From NCBI GenBank assembly GCA_050951805.1, contig JBMNJT010000002.1, positions 1,280,001-1,344,000 of the forward strand: a stretch of DNA of 64,000 nt. The letters are read 5' to 3'. The position numbers were made by a program, and so were the translations under genes. This document shows positions 58,465-64,000 of this stretch, piece by piece. A model generated the notes under the pieces. That model made no database searches, was not told where the DNA came from, and saw only the letters and a list, made by a program, of their open reading frames with translations. Within the stretch, counting starts at the first letter, position 1, and each line of letters begins with the position of its first letter. Source of the stretch: Bacillota bacterium (lineage in GTDB: Bacteria; Bacillota; DTU025).

Positions 58465-61140
58465 TCAAGGTGAGGGATTGATGAGCCATTCATAAAGCCG
58501 CTCGCTAACATCTTCAAAGCCGCCAACGTATTTCGCACAGCCTGGCAACGCGTCAATGAACTTCCGGCCGTAGTGGCGTCGGACAATTCGTGAATCGAGA
58601 ACGACAACAGCTCCGCGGTCGCTCGACGAACGCACTAGCCTCCCAAATCCCTGCTTGAACTTGAGAACTGCAGCGGGAAGTGTGTACTGACTAAATGGGT
58701 TTCCGCCTGACTCGGCAATATGCTCTATCCTCGCCTCCACCACTGGCGCCGTGGGAACGGCGAATGGCAGCCTAGGCATGACGACGCACGAGAGCGCTTC
58801 GCCCGGGACATCCACACCTTCCCAGAAACTATCGGTGCCAAAGAGCACAGAACGAACGTCCCGCCTAAACTCGGCCAAGAGCGCGTGCCTCGGCGCGTTT
58901 CCCTGACGAAGAAGCGCGATGTTACGCTGGGCAAGGCGTGGCTCCACCGCCCGCGCCACTTCACTTAGTAGCTTGTACGAAGTGAACAGGACGAATGCCC
59001 GACCATCAGACGCATCCAAGATGGACGCAACGGCCTCAGCAACAGCCGCCTCCCATCCGTGCGAGTCAGGGTTAGGAATATCATCCACCACGGCCAGAAG
59101 GGCTTGCCGCCCGTAATCAAACGGCGCCGCGATCGCCATCTGTCGGACGCGGTCACCATCCAAAAGATCGAGGCCTAGGTCGTGAATGATGTAGTCGAAG
59201 CTGGTTCCCACGGCCAAAGTCGCAGAAGTGAAGACCACGGACTCCTGCATACTCAACACGTGCTCGGCAATGGCTTTCCCCGCTTCAATCGGCGCAGCCA
59301 CCACCCGCACATTCGATCGCGGGCCTGCGCCGGAAGCCTCCGCCCAGAAGACATGGCCCGGCGCGTCAGCCGTAACCGCAAACCGGAGCGAGGAGGCAAA
59401 CTCCCTAGCCCGGCCGGCGTAGGCTGCAAGCTCCACAATGTCAGGGAAGTCAGCCTCATCAAAACCCGGACCCAGGTCAACTCCATCTTCATCGGCAGCC
59501 ACCCCAGATCCTGACTCGGCCTCAAACGTCAACCGCTTAGCACTTTCCAGCAATGCCTCGTCATCATCACCCCTAAGAAGCACAGAGAGCCTCTCAAGGC
59601 AGTCTGCAAGCCCCTCCAAAGCTGCGGCAAAACGTTCATGGGCAGGAAAGATTCTGGCATCCCAATCCTCGCGTTGCTTCACATCCCCGGTGATCCGAAG
59701 TGTCCGCTCAACGCCGTCCCCCGGCACATCCATGAGCATCCGGCGGACTTCATCGAAGAAAGCCTCCCCCGCCTCTCGAACTCGAATGACAGCGGGAATT
59801 GCGTCGATGTGGATCAAGTCGAGGCAAGCCTCGGCTCGCGCACGGCCTGACTCCCCGGGCCATGAAGAATACAGGCTCGAACGAAGCCTCACAAGCGCGC
59901 CGTAATCACCTGTGGAGGCCGTGCCAGCAGACTGCGCTGCAGCGCGTTCACGACGATATATGCTGTTGGTAAGGCGCACAAGGGAAACCCGCGATACCCG
60001 CCTGCCGAAATGCTGTGTGGCGACGTCCGCAGCATTGTGGGCTTCATCGACGATCACCACGTTGTAACGGGGCAAAACTGCCCGATCGGCTTCGGGACCC
60101 ATCTGGCTTCTGATAAACGCGTCTGCAAAGAGGATATGGTGATTTACCACCAACACCTCCGCTTTTTCCATTGCCTGCCTTGCCCTGTGGAAACAGCATT
60201 GGCCGTAGTTCGGACACTTCGTTCGAAGACACATATCACCTTCAGAACATACCATGCCCCACACCTCGGAGTCAGGCTCGAATTGCATATCCGATCTATC
60301 CCCAGTCTCGGTCTCCATCGCCCATTGGAGAACCTGGGCAAATCCGTCGCGGTATTCAGGTTCGATCGAAGACTCTTCGTCCTCTAGCACGCGATTGAGC
60401 TTTCTCATGCACAAATAGTTGCCGCGTCCCTTCACGAGCGCAGCGGGGAGAGGCTCTCCGATAGCCGCCTCAAGCGCAGGTATATCCTTCTGTATCAATT
60501 GCTCTTGAAGGTTGATCGTATTCGTAGATACAACGACGCGGGCGTTGTTCCGCTTCGCCCAAAGAAATGCGGGAACGAGGTATGCCAACGACTTGCCGGT
60601 TCCAGTACCGGCTTCGACAACAAGGCAGGCGGAGTCGGAGAATGCTGACGAAACCGCGAGCGCCATGTCTATCTGGCCTTGGCGCACCTCGTAATCCTCA
60701 AACGCAGCCGACAACGGGCCGTCTAGCGAGAAGATGTGCCTGATATCGGCGGGGTCAATCACGATCGAGCCCGCCTGATTCGCCAGAGGATCAGTAACCG
60801 AGCGTATCTGGGAGACGTCGTTGTTTACAATCCAGAAGCCTACGCCCCGGGCGGCCAGTCTTGCGGCAACGTCCAAATCAGCTTCGGACGGCAAGAGCTT
60901 CCCAGACGGATGATTGTGTATCACTACTTGCCCGTGCATGAGAGTTGCGTCAACAACAGGCGCTGCAGTCAGGTTTCCGCGCGCCAACACAGATATCTCA
61001 GTGACGATAAAATCGCGGTCACAACGCCCCACCGCAAAGACTTCGGTTCCGCCGGCCTCCGCTATGGCTTGCCTCAGACTTTCCGCGGCCTCCGAAGCGA
61101 TGTAGTTTGAGACCGCCCCGACAAGTGCTCCACTCTTCAA
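58465..61140 (-). CDS. DinG-family Fe-S helicase with N-terminal JAB/RadC-like domain
   Basis: E...HNHPSG..PS..D; EAGTGTGKS; Fe-S cysteines; DEAH; TSATL; FWEGVD; QGFGRLVR. Confidence 0.92.
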   Translation of the reverse strand: MKSGALVGAVSNYIASEAAESLRQAIAEAGGTEVFAVGRCDRDFIVTEISVLARGNLTAAPVVDATLMHGQVVIHNHPSGKLLPSEADLDVAARLAARGVGFWIVNNDVSQIRSVTDPLANQAGSIVIDPADIRHIFSLDGPLSAAFEDYEVRQGQIDMALAVSSAFSDSACLVVEAGTGTGKSLAYLVPAFLWAKRNNARVVVSTNTINLQEQLIQKDIPALEAAIGEPLPAALVKGRGNYLCMRKLNRVLEDEESSIEPEYRDGFAQVLQWAMETETGDRSDMQFEPDSEVWGMVCSEGDMCLRTKCPNYGQCCFHRARQAMEKAEVLVVNHHILFADAFIRSQMGPEADRAVLPRYNVVIVDEAHNAADVATQHFGRRVSRVSLVRLTNSIYRRERAAAQSAGTASTGDYGALVRLRSSLYSSWPGESGRARAEACLDLIHIDAIPAVIRVREAGEAFFDEVRRMLMDVPGDGVERTLRITGDVKQREDWDARIFPAHERFAAALEGLADCLERLSVLLRGDDDEALLESAKRLTFEAESGSGVAADEDGVDLGPGFDEADFPDIVELAAYAGRAREFASSLRFAVTADAPGHVFWAEASGAGPRSNVRVVAAPIEAGKAIAEHVLSMQESVVFTSATLAVGTSFDYIIHDLGLDLLDGDRVRQMAIAAPFDYGRQALLAVVDDIPNPDSHGWEAAVAEAVASILDASDGRAFVLFTSYKLLSEVARAVEPRLAQRNIALLRQGNAPRHALLAEFRRDVRSVLFGTDSFWEGVDVPGEALSCVVMPRLPFAVPTAPVVEARIEHIAESGGNPFSQYTLPAAVLKFKQGFGRLVRSSSDRGAVVVLDSRIVRRHYGRKFIDALPGCAKYVGGFEDVSERLYEWLINPSP

Positions 61141-61991
61141 CGCTCTTCCCCCGCAGCACACGCCTTTAGAGCAGCTAAGTCCCGAACCTGGTCCTCAGGA
61201 GCATCAACAGGCGTTTCGAGCACGAATGGGAGCCTTCGAAGCTCCGGACGCGCAAGGATGGCGCGAAACCCAGCCAGCCCGATGGACCCCTCTCCTATGT
61301 GATCGTGCCTATCCTTGCCAGATCCCAACTGACCCTTGGAATCATTTGCGTGGACAATCATCACCCTATCCAATCCAACAGCGGAGTCCAGCTCGCCTAA
61401 GGTTGCGTCAAGCCCCCGCTCAGTTGCGACATTGTATCCTCCCCCGTAAGCATGGCAGGTGTCCAGGCAGATCCTGAGAAATGGGCCCCTCTCCGAAATG
61501 TCGATAATGGAACGGAGCTCGCTAAAGGAGACGCCTATCTCAGTGCCGGCGCCCGCCATGTTCTCAAGACAGATAGGGACCAACGCGCCTGAATCTTCGT
61601 AGGCGCGATCGATAGCCGATGCGATTCGCCGAGACCCCGCCTCCACTCCAGAACCCAGGTGATTGCCGGGATGGAGGACAAGGCAATCAGCGCCCAAAAT
61701 CTCCGCCCTGCGCAGCTCATCGGTGAGGGCTGAGACAGATTTTTCATACGTTTCATCCTTCGGACTTGCCACGTTGATCAAGTAGTTGGCGTGAATCACG
61801 ACCGGCTTCAGTCCGGCCTCGACAACAGCCGCGCGAAATGAGTTGGCCTCGCCGGGATCGAGAGGTTTCGCCTTCAAAGTACGAGGATTGCGGCTGAAGA
61901 TCTGGAAGCAATCGCAACCCAGCTCCACTGCCCTCGAAGTTGCATTGGTCAGACCGCCGGAAATAGAAAGATGAATGCCGAAGCGGGCCAT
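61137..61991 (-). CDS. nfo: Endonuclease IV
   Basis: HANYLIN, LHPG, LENMAG, LDTCH, HANDS, DRHDHIG, LETP. Confidence 0.96.
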   Translation of the reverse strand: MARFGIHLSISGGLTNATSRAVELGCDCFQIFSRNPRTLKAKPLDPGEANSFRAAVVEAGLKPVVIHANYLINVASPKDETYEKSVSALTDELRRAEILGADCLVLHPGNHLGSGVEAGSRRIASAIDRAYEDSGALVPICLENMAGAGTEIGVSFSELRSIIDISERGPFLRICLDTCHAYGGGYNVATERGLDATLGELDSAVGLDRVMIVHANDSKGQLGSGKDRHDHIGEGSIGLAGFRAILARPELRRLPFVLETPVDAPEDQVRDLAALKACAAGEER

Positions 61992-62272
61992 TATATTATC
62001 TCCCTTCGGTAAGCCTGTCTCTATTCTACACATTAGGGCCTCGCGCTTACAACCGCCTCCATAGCGCGTCCCACGTCGGGTTGGCAAGCAAAGCGCACGG
62101 CACAGCCTCAAAACAGCCACTGACATCGAGAGTCTTGCACCTAATGTTCAATGTTCTTTGTTTGGCACAAGCTTCGACCGTGCAGTGGGACACCGCCCAT
62201 GAGCGGACAACGCAAAGGTCCGCGCCTTTATGGGGCACGGACCCTTCCTGCCACTATCTTAGATGCGCTAAC

Positions 62273-64000
62273 CTAGAAGTCTACACTCAACTTGGCCCCC
62301 AATTTCCTGCCTGGCAAGGCGCAAGATACACCTATAGTGGTTCCGTCACACCAATCGATCTTCTTGGTCGCTTCTATGGTCAGGCTGTAATCGTCTGTCT
62401 TCAGCTTCTTCCAGTACTCCGCTTTCGCTGATAAGTCGTATGGGAAATCATTGGCTACGCTCAACTTGAAGCTGCTGGGCCCCAGAGGGGCATGGGCGAA
62501 TTCTGCTGCAAGACCCGCAGAACCTATCCTAGTGGAAAGCGACGCGACACCGCCAGCGCCCTTCCCTTTCCTGTATTCGTATGATCCCTTCAGGAAGGCC
62601 ACATGTTGAGCCGGCTCTAGAATCTCCAAGCCGGGCCTGACCGTCAAAGTCGCCGAATCCTTGGTTCCCGCGGCATCGGTGGAGTATGAAGTATCCAGTG
62701 TCAATTTTATCTTCTCTGCCGCCTGTGCCCAGGCCTTTCCATACACGGTTCTGTAGTCTGCGCCTACGTGCCCGTAGGATGCTACAACGCCGTCTTGTGC
62801 ACCCTTAAGGCCCAAAGTAACTCCATATCTGTCCGCCTGATAGCTTGCTTCCGCAAAATAAGCAAGCGCAGAATAGTCTACCTCACGCCCGCCCGCTCCG
62901 GCCACAAAGCGCACGTTGTCGCCGCCCTGTCCGAACCAATGGTCCTGGCTTCCATCGTTATAGTGGAAAACGTACTCGTATCTCCCGGGATCGAGCCTCA
63001 TGGTATGTTTCCAGTAGCCTGTAAGAGGGTCTCTCACGAGCTCATAGTCATTGCTCCAATCCCAGGATCCCCGGATGTATACTTGATGCTCGGCAGGCTC
63101 CACAAAGTAGAAATCCTGAAAGGACGGGCCGTCCCCGCCGACATGCCTTACCAGATTATCTCCGCCCGTCCCCTGTCCCATCCAGTGGCCCCAATTCGGA
63201 TCGTTGTCAGGGTCAGGGTACCAGAACTTGTACTCGTATTCCCCTTCGAGTAGTTCGATTGAGCCCCTCCAATTGCCATCAGCATCTTTGGCAAGGGGCA
63301 AGCCATCTTCCGTACTCCAGTTATTAAATGAACCGACTATGTAGATCACGTCAGCTCCTGACGATTCGCGTTCTGCCGGGTAGACGAACTCGACTTCCAC
63401 AGGGACTGTGCTATCTGATACTATCTTAGTGCCGTGGGTCTGGAGCAACTGACCGCGAACGGTCAAGGCTTCTGTGGGCTTTGCAACTGCGTAAGCTCCG
63501 ATGTTGGCCCTGTGGTCTTCCCCATCCTCCCTAGCACTCGTGGCCCATCTCTCATATGTAGCCACTCCTCCCAATGTGATTCTGTCCGTCAGGCCGGCTT
63601 CCATCTCCCCATAAACCAACGTCTTGTTGCCGGCAAGGGTTGCGGCGCCTATCCTTCCGTCAACAATCCCCTTAAAACAGAGAATCTCGGCTGCACGACG
63701 GTCCCATATCCTGTTGTCTGACCCTTCTGAAGCTATAAGGGTGAGAGGATCCTTGGTGTTTCCTGCATGCCCTCTGTAGAAAAGCTTGGCCGCAATCCCG
63801 TCGGAGAGGCGGAAAGTGGCCACAGACTGGTTCACTTCAAGACCGTCAATGGGGGGCATCAAATGCCAACCTGCGTCGCCTCCTAGGGAGAGGGACTTCC
63901 ATGCATGGAGCTCAGTATAGGTTTCAAGGCACGGGCGGAGTTCTCCGCTGAACTTGAGGTAAGCGTCGCCTGAGAGCGAAAAAGGCTCTCCTGCCTCCTT
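62273..64000 (-). CDS. Probable outer-membrane beta-barrel protein with two internal CBM48-like glucan-binding modules (5' end outside the window)
   Basis: Frame is open to base 64000. IYIVGSFNNW..GEYEYKF and VYIRGSWDW..GRYEYVF modules flanked by amphipathic beta-strands; C-terminal LSVDF. Confidence 0.7.
   Translation of the reverse strand, partial: KEAGEPFSLSGDAYLKFSGELRPCLETYTELHAWKSLSLGGDAGWHLMPPIDGLEVNQSVATFRLSDGIAAKLFYRGHAGNTKDPLTLIASEGSDNRIWDRRAAEILCFKGIVDGRIGAATLAGNKTLVYGEMEAGLTDRITLGGVATYERWATSAREDGEDHRANIGAYAVAKPTEALTVRGQLLQTHGTKIVSDSTVPVEVEFVYPAERESSGADVIYIVGSFNNWSTEDGLPLAKDADGNWRGSIELLEGEYEYKFWYPDPDNDPNWGHWMGQGTGGDNLVRHVGGDGPSFQDFYFVEPAEHQVYIRGSWDWSNDYELVRDPLTGYWKHTMRLDPGRYEYVFHYNDGSQDHWFGQGGDNVRFVAGAGGREVDYSALAYFAEASYQADRYGVTLGLKGAQDGVVASYGHVGADYRTVYGKAWAQAAEKIKLTLDTSYSTDAAGTKDSATLTVRPGLEILEPAQHVAFLKGSYEYRKGKGAGGVASLSTRIGSAGLAAEFAHAPLGPSSFKLSVANDFPYDLSAKAEYWKKLKTDDYSLTIEATKKIDWCDGTTIGVSCALPGRKLGAKLSVDF

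Noticed and set aside
1-64000. CRISPR arrays, tRNA/rRNA genes, IS elements, selenocysteine recoding
   Set aside because: No regularly spaced repeats, cloverleaf/T-loop motifs, transposase ORFs or internal TGA in conserved genes were seen by eye. A computational scan could still find weak cases.

Overview
A 64-kb, mostly core chromosomal segment (moderately GC-rich) from an endospore-forming Bacillota. A probable outer-membrane beta-barrel at the right end suggests a diderm lineage such as Limnochordia (inference). All but one of about 63 CDSs lie on the minus strand. In transcription order: a beta-barrel-like protein with two CBM48-like modules; nfo; JAB-DinG; two polysaccharide deacetylases; (+ strand) SH3-GH18; dut; Spo0E-like; dapB-spoVFB-asd-dapG-dapA; a yhhN islet; rnj-tepA-ylzJ; ftsK-rodZ-[4 inserted genes]-rimO; DUF3866-nudF-EndoQ-spoIIM-xerD-deoB-pdp; dacF-spoIIAA-spoIIAB-sigF-spoVAC/D/E plus two DUF2229/HGD-D-like genes; trpS-scpA-scpB; gerW; ktrA; rluB; three pilin-like genes; cmk-plsC-tal-ispH/rpsA; prsA; a DUF512 radical SAM gene. 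I saw no rRNA, tRNA, CRISPR array or transposase. Best leads: the beta-barrel with built-in glucan-binding modules, the PlsAR-like Fe-S pair coupled to spoVA, a rimO lacking a canonical start codon, a 135-nt rod-like RNA candidate, spoVFB without spoVFA, and a 727-aa pseudo-kinase-like orphan. All product calls come from motif recognition by eye, not from database searches.
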